Source: Malacoraja senta (Eukaryota). From it: a stretch of DNA of 64,000 nt. The position numbers were made by a program, and so were the translations under genes. The DNA is taken from positions 2,296,001-2,360,000 of the forward strand of contig CM075990.1 in assembly GCA_038087875.1 (NCBI GenBank). Direction: 5' to 3'. The notes beneath the pieces are model-generated. The model saw nothing but the letters and a program-made list of their open reading frames with translations, did not search any database and had not been told where the DNA came from. This document shows positions 12,042-26,144 of the stretch, one piece after another; position 1 is the first letter of the stretch, and the number at the start of each line of letters is the position of its first letter.

Positions 12042-12979
12042 GTACGGCGCGATGCTTCAAAGGGGCTTTATTTGTCCCCTGTGCAACAGTACAGTCAAAT
12101 TCCTTTTGCATATTTTACACACGCGGGCGCCGGCATTTTTGGCGCCATTATTCAGCGTGCAAAGTCCGGTCGGCCCGCGCGCTCCATGTACTGGAGCAGT
12201 TCCCGCCAACCGACGTCCCTCTCCTCTCCTCGCCCGGCCATCTTTGTGTCCCGGAGTTGTACAAAATCATGAGAGGAATAGATCGGATAGACGCACAGAG
12301 CCTCTTGCCCAGAGTAGGGGAATCGAGAACCGGACTAGATAGGTTTAAGGTGACGAGGAAAAGATTTAATAGGAACTTGAGGGATAACTTTTTTACAGAA
12401 AGGTGTGGTGGGTGTTTGGAACGAGCTGCCGGACGAGGTAGTTGAGGCAGGGACTATCACAACAGTTAAGAAACATTTAGATGGGTATATGGATAGGATA
12501 GGTTTAGATGGATATGGGCCAAATACAGGAAGATGGGACTAGTGTAGATGGGGCATGTTGGTTGGCGTGGGCTGAAGGAAGACACAAGATGCTGGGTTAA
12601 CTCAGCGGGACAGGCATCATCTCTGGAGAGAAGGAATGGGTGATGTTTCGGGTCGAGACCCTTCTATAGACTGATGAAGATGATGGGCCGAAGAGCCTGT
12701 TTCCATGCTGTGTGATTCTATGAATGGACCAGATTGTTAACATTCATTATCAAGGACTATTGATCATTGGTCGAGTGTGTTAGACATGAGCCGTGCTTGG
12801 GCTGAGAAAAGAGGCGAGATGGCATCTGGGACCATCGCACCCAATGTGAGTGGTGGAAGGGACCTGCAGAGCGCCCCTTGTAGCCAGGGTCCGGGGGGCA
12901 AGGAGCACCCCCACTCCACCTGGGGTCTGTAGGGGGAGGAGTGGCTCTGCCGTCAGCGACCGGAGAACTGGTGACGGGA

Positions 12980-13835
12980 TCTAGGGAGAGGGCAGGGCCG
13001 AAGATGTCCTGGTTGGGTTACTCCTAGGCCTGGCCGAGCTGGCCATCCGCGAGTCACAGCGCCAGGCGGAAGAAGGCTTTGCCCGAGCCAGATGCTTGCC
13101 CATTTACCGGGGTTACGTCCGCGCCTGGGTTGTGTTAGAGAGGGACATAGTTGTACAGTAGTTATTTATTATATTTGTAAGGATTGTAACACAGTTGTTT
13201 GGAAATTTAGTGTCTGGATCATTTGGTGATTTTGTACTATGGTGGTGGGCATATTAAGGGGGCTGTCCCACTGCGGTGACCTAATTGGCGAGTTTAGAAG
13301 AGTTTGCCTTCGACTCATACTCGCAGCATGGTCGACATGAGGTCCTAGGAGGTCTTTGTAACTCTCCTTCATGCTCGAGAGTGGTCCCTGTGTACTCGAG
13401 GCCTCAGCCGGGTCGCGGCGTATTTTTCAACATGCAGAAAAATGCCCGCGAGTGAACAAAAGGTCACCATGGAAAAAAATCGATACTTATTTTACTCGTA
13501 GGTTTAGTCGAAGTAGGTCGTAGTAGGTCGGCATGTTAGTCGTAGGTAATCGAGGGCAGTCGAAGGTAATCGAAGGTAGTCGTATCTAGTCTTCAACTTA
13601 ATCAAAGGGAGGTCGAAGGAAGTCGTCTTCACTCTCCACTATTCGGTGTCCAATTTTCCCGAAGTTAGTCGTAGCTAGTCTTCTACATAGTCGAAGGAGG
13701 TCTTCAACGTGACCCTTTTTCAAACTCTCCTAAACTCTTCTAAACTCGGCAATTAGGTCCCGCAGTGGGACAGCCCCTATACCACAGTTTAGTTTTGTAT
13801 CGTGATCGTAATTAAATAAATTATTTTTGATACAA
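12980..13835 (+). mobile_element. Tx1/L1-clade non-LTR 3' fragment interrupted by a MITE
   Basis: GEGRAEDVLVGLLLGLAELAIRES matches the 35595-36340 copy. AT-rich 3' end with AATAAA. Confidence 0.55.
13257..13778. mobile_element. PIF/Harbinger-type MITE
   Basis: TIRs GGGGCTGTCCCACTGCGG..CCGCAGTGGGACAGCCCC with TTA/ATA flanks. Internal (G/T)AGTCGNAG repeats. Confidence 0.75.
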
Positions 13836-13932
13836 CAAATAATGTGAGTGGTTGGAGGTGTGGTTTATACATCTTGTCGCTCAATGGACGATGCAACTAA
13901 ACTATGTTTTCTCTCTCTCTCTCTCTCACCAG

Positions 13933-13962
13933 AGCTACAGAAGCGGCTGAACAGTCAGACAG
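13933..13962 (+). CDS. SORBS1: SORBS1 30-nt exon (ELQKRLNSQT)
   Basis: (ct)n-ccag| acceptor and G|gtaagg donor, phase 1-1. Resembles human EQQKRLSSLS. Confidence 0.85.
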
Positions 13963-14049
13963 GTAAGGGCAGCTAACAGAAAATGTCCTTCCTTCCTTTA
14001 CAAAAGCTTTTGTTCCTGCAAGCAACCGGTCTGGGCCGATCACGCAGCT

Positions 14050-14490
14050 TGGGAAAGGCCATAGCCGCAGAATGAAGGGACCTACGTACCTTTAGGAAGA
14101 AGATGAGGAGGAATTTCTGTGAAAGGATGAGCAGGGAAACCTCATTGAAACGTACTGAATAGTGAAAGGCCTGGATAGAGTGGATGTGGAGAGGATGTTT
14201 CCACTGGTGGGAGAGTCTAGGACCAGAGGTCATAGTCTCAGAATTAAAGGACGTTCCTTTAGGAAGGAGATGAGGAGGAATTTCTTTAGCCAGAGGGTGG
14301 TGAATCTGTGGAAGTCAATGGATATTTTTAAGATGGAGATTGACAGATGCTTGGTCAGTACGGGTGTCAGAGGTTACGGGGAGAAGGCAGGAGAATGGGG
14401 TTGAAGGAAAGATAGCTCAATCATGATTGAATGGCCGAGTAGACTTGATGGGCCGAATGGCCTAGTTATGCTATCTTTTATGAACATGAA
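14050..14490 (+). mobile_element. CR1 LINE 3' fragment
   Basis: KGLDRVDVERMFPLVGESRTRGHSLRIKGR. Confidence 0.85.
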
Positions 14491-15044
14491 CTTATGAGAG
14501 CAGGCAAACTAGTGATATGGGTACAGAGAAACAGCATTGAAACAGGCCCTTCGGCCCACACTGCCCAGCGTTCATACTGTACACTAACACTATCCTACAC
14601 GCTAGGGACAATTTATAATATTTTTAAACTCAAAGCCAATTAACGTACAAAACCTGCACGTCTTCGGAGTGCGGGAGGAAACCTGGGCACCCGGAGAAAA
14701 CCCACGCCGTCACAGTGAGAACGTGCAAACTCCGTACAGACAACACTCGAGGTCAGGATTGAACATGGGTCCCTGGCACTGTAAGGCAGCAACTCCACCG
14801 CTGCTCCATTGTGCCGCCCCTCTGATGCCCACTTGATGCCCATGTAGCCTTGGTCACCCCAGGGTGAAATCCCTCAGCTGGAGCTCCCCTCTTGCATTCG
14901 AACAGTGCTTATCCCCCAGAGGTAAATAGTGACTCCACTTGCAGCCTTATTAGGCATTGTGGGATCTGATGATTTAAACAGCGCTGCGATAGTTGGTATA
15001 TTTTTGTGCCTTGCACATATTTGTGCTCTGTATTTTGCTTGTAG

Positions 15045-15211
15045 ACTCTGTGCCAGACAGACTAATTGATCGGAACGCTGCAGCTCCAGTCCCGGCTATG
15101 GAAGCATTCATCCCGGCCATTCACGCAGGAGGGGCGGTGGACACAAGGCGACAGAACAGTCCTCGGGCCACCCACTCTTCCTTCATCGCTCCCGAGGATC
15201 TGGGGATCAAG
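15045..15211 (+). CDS. SORBS1: SORBS1 coding exon (DSVPDRLIDR..APEDLGIK), start of SoHo region
   Basis: ttttgcttgtag| acceptor and AAG|gtgagg donor. Phase 1-0 links the flanking exons. Confidence 0.8.
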
Positions 15212-15304
15212 GTGAGGGGGAGTCGGACCCTTGAGTGGGGGGGCGGGGGGGTGGGGGGGTCCCCTCTCTGTCAGCCCGCTTCCCGTCGCGAGCCTGACTT
15301 AAGG

Positions 15305-15690
15305 TCATGAGATAGGAGCAGAATTAGGCCATTCAGCCCATCGAGTCTACTCCGCCATTCAATCATGGCTGATCTATCTCTCCCTCCTAACCCCATTCTC
15401 CTGCCTTCTCCCCAAAAGCCCTGACACCTGTACTAATCAAGAATCTATCTATCTCTGCCTTAAAAATATCCACTGACTTGGCCTCCACAGCCTTCTGTGG
15501 CAATGAATTCCACAGATTCACCACCCTCTGACTAAAGAAATTTCTCCTTGCCTCCTTCCTAAAAGAACGTCCTTTAATTCTGAGGCTGTGACCTCTAGTC
15601 CTAGACTCTCCCACTAGTGGAAACATCCTCTCCGCATCCACACTATCCGAGCCTTTCACTGTTCTGTATGTTTCGATGAGTTCCCCCCTC
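15305..15690 (-). mobile_element. CR1 LINE 3' fragment
   Basis: ORF 15387-15713 is the CR1 ORF2 C-terminus. Fills most of the intron before the SoHo exon. Confidence 0.9.
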
Positions 15691-15739
15691 GTTGGGCTTG
15701 GAGCCGTTGCCAACTCCTCTCTTGTTCTCTGACCTGCAG

Positions 15740-15803
15740 AACCTGGAGAGGCCGAAGGACTGGTACAAGGCCATGTTCAAGCAGATTCACAAAGTCAGCA
15801 GAG
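15740..15803 (+). CDS. SORBS1: SORBS1 sorbin-homology (SoHo) exon (NLERPKDWYKAMFKQIHKVSR)
   Basis: Diagnostic DWYKxMFKQIH motif. ctgcag| acceptor and G|gtaagg donor. Confidence 0.95.
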
Positions 15804-16955
15804 GTAAGGTGAGCCTGGGCGGGCGGCCTCTGCCGACCCGGAGCAAAGTCCCACAGGGGGGTGGGTGGTCGACATAGAACTTGGAACTGTGTCCGTGTCA
15901 GACATGATGCCAAGTTAGACCGATCTCATCTGCCCCGCGCGTGATCCACATCCCGCCATTCCCCACCACTCCCAATGCCTATCCTGATTGAATGGTTGAA
16001 ACTTTATTGCCACATGTACCTGGTACCATGAAAGTCTTGGTCTTGCAAGGTATGCAAAGAGTCGCCATCTAAAGGGCGTTGACCAAATTACTAAAAGCAT
16101 TCAATATAGTCCCAATGGCCGCTCTTCCTTCTCCCCCTCCCCGCTCTCCACCCCCGTCCCCTCACGCAGGGTCCCTCTTCGTTCTCAGCGTCTAAAAGCC
16201 TCTTAAACGCCACTATCATATCTGCCTCAACCACCACCACTGGCAACGTGTTCCAAGCCCCCACCACTCTCTGCGTTAAACAACTTGACCCCACGCATCT
16301 CCATTAAACTTTCCCCCTCTCACCTTGTAACTATGTCCTCTAGCTTTGGACGTTTCCACCCTGGGGAAAAAAGGCTCTGACTGTCTACCCAATCTATTCC
16401 TCTCGTCATTTGACATGCTTCCATCAGGACTTCCCCCCCAACTTCCTACGTTCCAGGGAAAAGGCACTTGGATCGAGACATGGATCGACGAGGTTTAGAG
16501 GACAATGGGCCAAACACGGGCAAATGGGGATGCAAGGAACTGCAGTTGCTGGCTTACAAACAAAAGTGCTGGACACAAAGTGTGGGCAGGTGGGACTAGC
16601 GTAGATGGGGCATGTTGGTCGGCATGGGTGAGGTGGGCTGAAGGGCCTGTTTCCGTGCTGTATGGCTCGATGACCCAATCTACAAGGTGGCTACCTCCAT
16701 GGTGTATGTGTGATGTAACCAGAGTTGTATTGAGGAACTGGTGCCTCCATTGTTCAGACACAAGCCAAGTAGGCCTGGCGAGTGATAGGTGGATACAGGC
16801 GAGAGGGGGAGAAACAAGGAACTGCAGATGCCGGTTTACTAAAAAAGTTCTGGAGTAAACGGTTTGGATAAGGAAGGCTTGGAAATGTTCCCATTTGTTG
16901 GCAAATGTAGGGGCTGAGATTGGTAAAATACCAGAAAGTCATTAATCAACTCGAA

Positions 16956-17254
16956 GGGTGACACGGTGGCGCAGCGGTAGAGTTGCTGCTTTGCAGCACT
17001 TGAAGCGTCGGAGACCCGGGTTCGATCCCGACTACGGGTGCGGTCTGTACGGAGTTTGTGCGTTCTCCCCGTGACTGCGTGGGTTTTCTCCGAGATCTTC
17101 GGTTACCTCCCACACTCCAAAGACGTACAGGTTTGTAGGTTAATTGGCTTGGTGTACGTATAAAAATTGTCCCTAGTTTGTGTAGGATAGTGTCAATGCG
17201 CGGGGATCGCTGGGCCGAAGGGCCTGTTTCCGCGCTGTATCTCTAAACTAAACT
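16956..17254 (+). mobile_element. V-SINE, full length
   Basis: GGTGGCGCAGCGGTAGAG (A box), GGTTCGATCCC (B box), V core and tail. Confidence 0.9.
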
Positions 17255-18018
17255 CACTGGGCAGCATGGGAAAACCAGTTTCGGGTGGCGCAGCGGAAGA
17301 GTTGCTGCCTTACATCACCAGTGGCGCTGGTTCGATCCTGACCTCGGGTACTCTCTGCACGGAGTTTGTACGTTCTTCCTGTGACCGCATAGGTTTTCTC
17401 CAGGAGCTCTAGTTTCCTCCCACACTCCAAAGACGTCCAAGATTGTAGGTTCATTGGTTTTGGTAATTGGATAGTTGTAAAATCGTTGTCAGTATTTATG
17501 ACATCACCAGTGTACGGGGTGATCACAGGTCGGCGTGGACTTGGTGGGCCGAAGGGCCTGTTTCCCTGCTATATCTCCGAGGTCTAAAGTCTAAAGCTGG
17601 TCGAGCCCCTATCTCACAGTGTTTGATCCTGACCTCGGGTGCTGTCTGTGTGGTGTTTGTCGGTTCGGGTCCCGACCCGAAACGTCACCTCACCATGTTC
17701 TCCAGAGATGCTGCCTGACCCGCTGAGTTACTCCAGCATTTTGTGCCTATCTTTGGTATAAACCAGTATCTGCAGTTCATTTCTATTACATTTTAAGCCA
17801 GTGTCATCTGCCTTGCAAGTCCCCTGTTGAATAAATACAGTGGAGCCAAGTGTGTGTGTGTGATGCTATCTCGATCTCGTTTGCCGTAGAGCTTCTTGGC
17901 TCCCCCTTCTGAATGAGTTTTCTGCGACCTGTCTTTGTATGAGCTCTTTCTTAACGCTTGTCTTCTTTCCCTTTGACTCTTGGCTTCTTATCTCTCACTG
18001 TCCTTCCTTTCCGCTCAG

Positions 18019-18093
18019 ACCAGCTTGAGGAAAACCCCTACCGGCCTACTTACAACTTTCCTGAGATCCCTCGAGTCCATCACACAGGAGAAG
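18019..18093 (+). CDS. SORBS1: SORBS1 75-nt exon (DQLEENPYRPTYNFPEIPRVHHTGE)
   Basis: Long pyrimidine tract, cag| and G|gtacca, phase 1-1. Resembles human EENPYFPTYKFPE. Confidence 0.9.
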
Positions 18094-19729
18094 GTACCAG
18101 AGGCTGTGCGAGTCAGTGTGTGATGTCTCCATATTCCCCACGCTCGGCCAACGTTACTGCTGTGTTTAACCTGGTTTAACTGGTTTACTAATAGCCGTGT
18201 GTGGGAAAGCCTGTTTGAAGTTTGAATTGTGGACCATACGTCTAATGGCAGTGCACAACGTGCTGGGGAAAGTACAAAATGCTGGAGTAACTCAGCGGGA
18301 CAGGCTGCATCACCGGAGAACATGGATAGGCAATGTTTCCGGTCGGGACCCTTCCTCAGACTGATTGCAGTGGGGGGAGAAAAAAGGTGGAAGAGAGGAG
18401 GAAGGGGTGGGACAAAGCCTGGCATGTGATAGAAGAAGGGTCTCGACCTGAAGCGTCACCCATCCTTCTCTCCAGAGATGCTGCCCGTCCCGCTGAGTTA
18501 CTCCAGCTTTTCCTGTCTATCCTGGCAAGTGACTGGAGTAACTCAGCGGGCCTTCTTCAAACCGGGTAGAGGGAAACTAGAGATAAGGAAGGGTAAGGTG
18601 TGGAAACGACAGATCAAAGCAGACGATGGTCAAGCAAATGTAGAATGGTTCATTGTTGACTGAGGGGTTGGTGACAACAAGGCATACAAATGTTACTGTC
18701 TAATTTCAATTGTACTCCTGATTCATTTTGGTTGAAGGGGTATATAACTTAGAATTGGAGAATTCAATGTCCATACCATTAGGTTGTAAGCTTCCCAAGC
18801 AGAGTATGAGGTGCTGTGACTCAGTTTGGCGGTGGCATCTCACGAGCAATGGAGGAGGCCCAGGACAGACAGATTAGTGTGGGAATGGGAAGGGGAGTTA
18901 CAATTGTTAGCAACCAGGAGATACAACAGGCCGTCTAATAGCGTTGAAACGAAGAATGCAAGAGAAGGATTTATCTACAAAGGGTCAAGCTTTATTGATG
19001 CATTTCCTCAGCTGGTAGAGCTGCTGCCTCGTAGCATCAGAGTCCCTGGTGAAATCCTGACCTCGGATGCTGTCTGTGTGGAGTTTGTACGTTCTCCCTG
19101 TGACCGCGTGGGTTTCCTCCATGTACTCCAGTTTGTTGATTAATTGGCTTCTGTAAATTGCCCCGATGGTGCAAGGGAGTAGCTCATAAGGTCATAAGGT
19201 CATAAGGTCATAAGGAATAGGAGTAGAGTTAGGCCATTCGGCCCATCAAGTCCCATTCTCCTGCCTTCTCATAACCTCTGACACCTCTAGATGTGAAACT
19301 AGGGTAACATAAACTGGTGTGAATGGGTGATTGATAGCATGGCCTCAGTGGGCTGAAGGGCCTGTTCGCATGCTGTATCTTTCAATTTGCCGACCAACGA
19401 TCACTCGTACACCAGTTCTATCTTATTCCAGTTTTGCATCTTACACATTAGGGGGCAATTTTCAGAAACCAACCAACCTACACACCTGTACGCCTTTGGG
19501 ATGTGGGAGGAAACCGGAGGACCTGGAGAAAACCCACACGGGTCACGGAGAGAACGTACAAACTCTGCGCAGACAGCACCCGTAGTCAGGATCGAACCCG
19601 GGTCTCTGACGCTGTGAGGCAGCAACTCTACCGCTGCGCCACCGTGCCGCCCACCATTTTGGAGAGCAGATTTCCTTCAGGCAATTGATACAAACAAGAG
19701 AAGCAAAATAAACAAGGGCAGCCTGTGAA

Positions 19730-20262
19730 ACGTTTGTACGTTCTCCCCGTGACCGCGTGGGTTTTCTCCAGGTACTCCGGTTTCCTCCCACATCCCAAAG
19801 ACGTACAGGTTTGTAGATTAATTGACTTTGGTAAAATTATAAAAAATTGTCCCTAGTGTGTAGGATAGTGGTAGTTTAGTTTAGTTTAGTTTAGAGATAC
19901 AGCGCGGAAACAGGCCCTTCGGCCCACCGGGTCCGCGCCGACCAGCAATTCCCCGCACCCTAACACTATCCTACACCCACTAGTGAGAATGTTTTTTACA
20001 TTTACAAGCCAATTAACCTACAAACCTGTATGTATTAGGAATGTGGGAGGAAAGCCACACAGGTCACGGGGAGAACGTACAAACTCCGTACAGACAGCAT
20101 CCGTAATCAGGATCGAACCCGGGTCTCCGGTGCTGCATTCGCTGTAAGGCAGCAACTCTACCGCTGCGCCACCGTGACTGCTTAGTGTACGGGTGATCGC
20201 TGGTCGGCGCGGACTCGGTGGGCCGAATGGCCTGTTTCTGCGCTGTATCTCTAAAGTCTAAA
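19730..20262. mobile_element. nested V-SINEs: a minus-strand copy at about 19875-20178 inside a plus-strand copy
   Basis: The plus-strand SINE is interrupted after GGATAGTG and resumes at TTAGTGTACGGG. Confidence 0.75.
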
Positions 20263-21050
20263 GTAGGTGGGTGTCAGCCATTTGTCAGGGCAAGGCAGTG
20301 GATAATCGGGGCCAGGCTACTGTAAACCGGATTGAGGCGCTGCAATGACTCTGGGTTTGGGAGGAACACTGAACACGATGATGAGTGTGGAGGAAGGAAC
20401 AGCAGACGCTGGTTTAAACCGAAGATAGACACAAAACGCTGCAGTAACTCAGCGGGACAGGCAGCATCTCTGGAGAGAAGGGATGAGTGACGTTTCGGGT
20501 CGAGTCAGAGGAGAGGGAGTGTCCGGGGAGAGGGAAACGAGAGATATGGAAAGGGTAAGGTGTGAAAACGAGAGATCAAAGAGGACATAGATCAAGGAAA
20601 ATGTAGATAGGCAATTGTATGCTTGGGGTAGTTGACAATGTGTAAAATGTAATCAGGAGGACGGTCAAACTAGTCAGAGAACTAGGATGGGGGAGGAGTG
20701 GAGAGAGAGAGTTCAGCTGGGATCAGTTAATAGACACAGAATGCTGTTGTAACTCAGCGGGACAGGCAGCATCTCTGGATAGAAGGGATGGGTGATGTTT
20801 CAGGTTGAGACAGCTCCGAAGAAGGGTCTTGAACCGAAACGTCTCTCCAGTGATGCTGCCTGTCCTGCTGAGTTACAACAGCATTCTGTGTCTATTAAAC
20901 TGATCCCAGCTGAATTCACATGGACCTCCAGCCCCCCCCCCCCCCCGTGATCTTTGATCAGTCAGTCACGTCCCCAAAGGGGGGTGGAAGTGGGAATTAG
21001 ATTTGGGCGAGAAGGTTTTAAGAGTTGCACTCTGCTTTTTCCTGCCGCAG

Positions 21051-21113
21051 AGGTCAATCCCTACGCACCCAGCTACGTATTTCCTGAGACGACACCCAGC
21101 CCTAAACCAGCAG
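21051..21113 (+). CDS. SORBS1: SORBS1 63-nt exon (EVNPYAPSYVFPETTPSPKPA)
   Basis: cag| and G|gtaacg, phase 1-1. Resembles human EDNPYTPTYQFPASTPSPKS. Confidence 0.9.
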
Positions 21114-21279
21114 GTAACGCGGGCAATGGAATCTGCCCCCTGCCACACAGATTTCTCCCCCGCCTTCATCCCATGCGTTGTGTTGCTGCTTTGCCCCCCC
21201 CCCCCCCCCCGGCCTTTAGCAGAGAGACGGAGCTTCGCTGTCCTTGCTTCTAACAGCTGTGGTGTGGTACGCGAGTGTG

Positions 21280-22056
<777 letters not shown>

Positions 22057-22862
22057 TTAGTCCCACCAGTTGGCATCTGAGTGGACTGAAATTTGTCTCC
22101 CTCCAGCTAGAACAGTTAGTACCTGCCCCAACGACCTCCTCCAGCTGCTCGTTTCATTTACCTGCCACTCTTTATGTACAAAAGCTGCCCCCTCATAATT
22201 GCGTATACTTCTTTCAGCTCCTCTCAAAGTCCAACATTCCAGGGAAAAAATCCAAACTTTCCCCATTCGTCCAAAACTCCAATCCCGGCAGCTTTCTGGT
22301 AAACCACCCCTGCATCCTCTCTAAAGCCTCATTTAGAAGGATGAGAGGGCATCTTATAGAAACATATAAAAATCTTCAAAGGATTGTCACATGTGCTGAG
22401 GTAGAGTGGAATTAATTGTGGATACAGTTCAGTGTAAGTGCAAGGCCAGCAGCGTAACCAAGGACCAGTCTCACCCTCTCCCATCGGGTGTGAGGAAGTG
22501 TGAAAACGCACACCTCCAGATTCAGGGACAGATTCTTCCCAGCTGTTATCAGGCAACCGAACCATCCTACCACAACCAGAGAGCAGTGCTGAACTACTAT
22601 CTACCTCATTGATGACCCTTGGACTATCATTGATCGGACATTGCTGGCTTTACCTTGCACTAAACATTATCCCCTTATCATGTATCTGTACACTGTAAAT
22701 GGCTCGATTATCATGTGTTGTCTTTCCGCTGACTGGATAGCACGCAACAAAGGTACCTCGGTACACGTGACAATAAACTAAACTAAACGAAACATAAGCA
22801 CTTTGATACATCTTAAATAAGCATCTGAGATACAATACAAGTGTACAGCAGTAGTACACTCA

Positions 22863-23110
22863 AGGGCCTGTCCCACTTGGCGATTATTTTCGGCGCTGTT
22901 GGCGTCATTGTCTGACGTACCAGGGTCGCCGAAAGATTTTGAACATTTCAAAATCCAGCGGCGACAAAAACAAATATTGCGACACGTGAGGAAAACACCG
23001 CGCGTCAATACGTCGTCACGCCGCGTCACGCAGCGACTTTTTCAGTGACCTGATACGTTAGTCAATGATGCTGGCAATCGCCGTAAAAATCACCAAGTGG
23101 GACAGGCCCT
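22863..23110. mobile_element. PIF/Harbinger-type MITE
   Basis: TIRs AGGGCCTGTCCCACTTGG..CCAAGTGGGACAGGCCCT. Splits a repeat whose uninterrupted form is at about 7070-7100. Confidence 0.8.
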
Positions 23111-24694
23111 TGAGACAGTATACACACGTGCCAGTTTGGTGCCATTTTCAAGTCCCAGTTGTTGTAAGTGCAGACTTCCTAGCCTGACCATGAAGGCCCG
23201 TTGCCCCAACATGACAAGACACGTACTGTGCTTCCAGTAGGCCCACTCATGGAGGATCGAGAACATTTTGCACCCCCCCACAGCCCCCTTCTCTGGCCTG
23301 CATTGACACTATTCACACTGAGCTCAGTGGAACAGAGACAAAGCAATTAGGCATCTTCAGCAGACTACACCTTCTGTTTTCTTTCAATCTTCTTCCTTCC
23401 GCCATCATCCGACTCCTCACATGACCCCACCCGCTAAGGAGATAGAGAATAATCTGCAGGAGGCATCCCATCTACACAAGGGGGGGGGGGGGCTGCTAAG
23501 ATGGTGATCTGTAGGTGGAGCCACCACTCGTTCCCCACCCATAACCCTCCTAACACTTGAGTAGTTTCTGCCCTGGTGCTGAAAGTTGTGGCTGTTTAAG
23601 GATGTCCAGTCACTCCGTAGAATAGCAGCAACTCTACTGCAGTTGCAGCCTCACAGCCCCAGAAAACCGGGTTCGATCCTGACTACGGGTGCTGTCTGTA
23701 CGGAGTTTGTACGTTTTCTCCCCGTGACCACGTGGGCTTTCTCCCGGTGCTCCGGTTTCCTCCCACACTCCAAAGACGTGCGAGTTTGTAAGTTAATTGG
23801 TCTCTGTAAATTGCCCCTAGTGTGTAGGGAGTGCGATAACTGATCAATGGTGGGTGTAGAATTGGTGGGTCTGTCTCAATGCTGTACCTCTTAACTAAAC
23901 TAAATGTAATAAAATTAAAATAGAACTCCATTGAGGCTATTAATTGGCTTCTTAAAATTGTCCCTAGTGTGCAGGATAGAACTAGTGATCGCTGGTTAGC
24001 ATGGACTAAGCGGGCCAAAGAGCCTGTTTTCATGCTGTGTGACTCGGAGGGTAGGTTAAGAGATCTTGTGTAGTACAGGGCCATTAGAAATAGGAGACAG
24101 CTATTTCTCGGTTAGTCTTATCGGAGTTAACGGGATGTATATTCCCACACCATATCCACTGTCATTGGACTGAGAAAGGAAAGGAAAGAGCTAGATGGGG
24201 CATGTTGACCAGCATGGACAAGTGGGCCGAAGGGCCTGTTTCCATGCTGTATGACTCTATGACTATGTTACAAGGAACAGACCCTTGCTGAGCTAAGGCA
24301 ATTTAGTTTAGAGATACAGCACGGAAACAGGCCCTTCGGCCCACCGAGACTATGCCGACCAGTATTCCCCGCACACTTACTCTATCCTACGTGCACCAGG
24401 GACAATTTACAATTTCACTGAAGGCAAATAATCGACAAACCTGGACGTCTTTGGAGTGTGGGGAGGGAACCGGAGATCCCGGAGAAAACCCACGCGGTCA
24501 CGGGGAGACCGTACAGACTCCATATAGACAGCACCTGTAGTCGGGATTGAACCCGTGTCTCCAGCGCTGTGAGGCTGCAGCTCTACCGCTGCGCCACCAT
24601 GCCGCTACAATAGTGTTTGGGTTCCAACGCTGGTTTTTATTCAATGTTCTCTTGGTCAGATGTACATGTGGATGATCATTAGCTCAGAAAGTCA

Positions 24695-25225
24695 GAAGTG
24701 ACAGGAGTAGAATTAGGCCATTCGGCCCATCAAGTCTACTCCACCATTCAATATTGGCTGATCTATCTCTCCATCCTAACCCCATTCTCCTGCCTTCTCC
24801 CCATAATCTCTGACACCCGTACTAATCAAGGATCTCCCTATCTCTGCTTTAAATGATCCACTGACTTGGCCTTCAAAGCCTTCTGTGACAAAGAATTCCA
24901 CAGATTCACCACCCTCTGACTAAAGAAATTTCTCCTCATCTGCTTCCTAAAAGAACGTCCTTTAATTCTGAGGCTGTGACCTCTAGTCCTAGACTCTCCC
25001 ACTGGTGGAAACATCCTCTCCACATCCACTCTATCCAGGCCTTTCACTGTTCTGTAAGTTTCAATTATGTCCCCCCTCATTCCTCTAAACTCCAGCGAGT
25101 ACAGGCCCAGGGCCGACAAACGCCCATCATAGGTTAACTTACTCATTCCTGGGATCATTCTTGTAAACCACCTCTGGACCCTCTCCTGAGCCAGCACATC
25201 CTTCCTCAGATATGGGGTTCAAAAT
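24695..25225 (-). mobile_element. CR1 LINE 3' fragment
   Basis: ORF 24838-25197 is the CR1 ORF2 C-terminus. Confidence 0.9.
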
Positions 25226-26144
25226 CAGTGGGGGGAAGAGGTGTGTTGGTCAAATATGTGGGTGATCGGTGAGGGGAAGGCTGGGCAGGGTTGTAGGTCT
25301 AATCCACAACCACCTCCTATAAGGAATCTTCTCTGATATGTTATCTCAGAGCACTTGATAGATTGATTGAACGATACTTTCTTGTCAAATCTGACAAGTC
25401 ATGGTGAAATTCTTTGTTTAGCTCACCACTCACAGAGTATGCAAAGAGTCACTACGTAAAGGGCGCCGAAAAAGCTACGAAGTGTTCAATGTAGTCCCGA
25501 TGATCCTTCTTCCTTCATGCGACCCCCCCCCCACCACCACCACCCCTCCCCCCCACCACCACCACCACCCTCCCCCACGCACGTCCTCGACTGACCGACC
25601 ACCGGCACTCACACGGGTGACCGCTCTCTGACAGCCCCCCTCCCTCTCCGAGGACCCCCCTCTATCGATGGCCATCGACTCTCGCTGGCCGAGTCCAGTA
25701 TTCATAATTTCTATGTGATGAGAGCAGAATCAGGCCATTCGGCCCATCTTGTCTACATCACCGTTCAATCTTGGCTGATCTATCTCTCCCTGCTAACCCC
25801 ATTCTCCTGCCTTCTCCCCATAACCCACACTAATCAAGAATCTATCTATCTCTGCCTTAAAAACATCCTTTGACGTCCTCCACAGCCTTCTGTGGCAATT
25901 GAATTCCACAGATTCACCGCCCTTTGGGAGGCAATTTCCCCAAAAGTCCTTGGAATTCAAAGGTTCAGAGAGGAAAATATTTCCAACTCCTTTAGGACTT
26001 TGTGTTGGACTAACTCCAGTTCCTGAAGTCCGATATATCTCAGCGTTCTCGTGTGTGTTTTTTCTTCCTCCCGGCTTATTGCTTTCCTCTTTATGTTGCA
26101 TCTTCACATCATCCCATCTATGCTCCTGTCCATTTCTCTCCTAG

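Noticed and set aside
16956..17045. tRNA gene
   Set aside because: The A/B boxes are the tRNA-derived head of a SINE that continues into the V core and tail.
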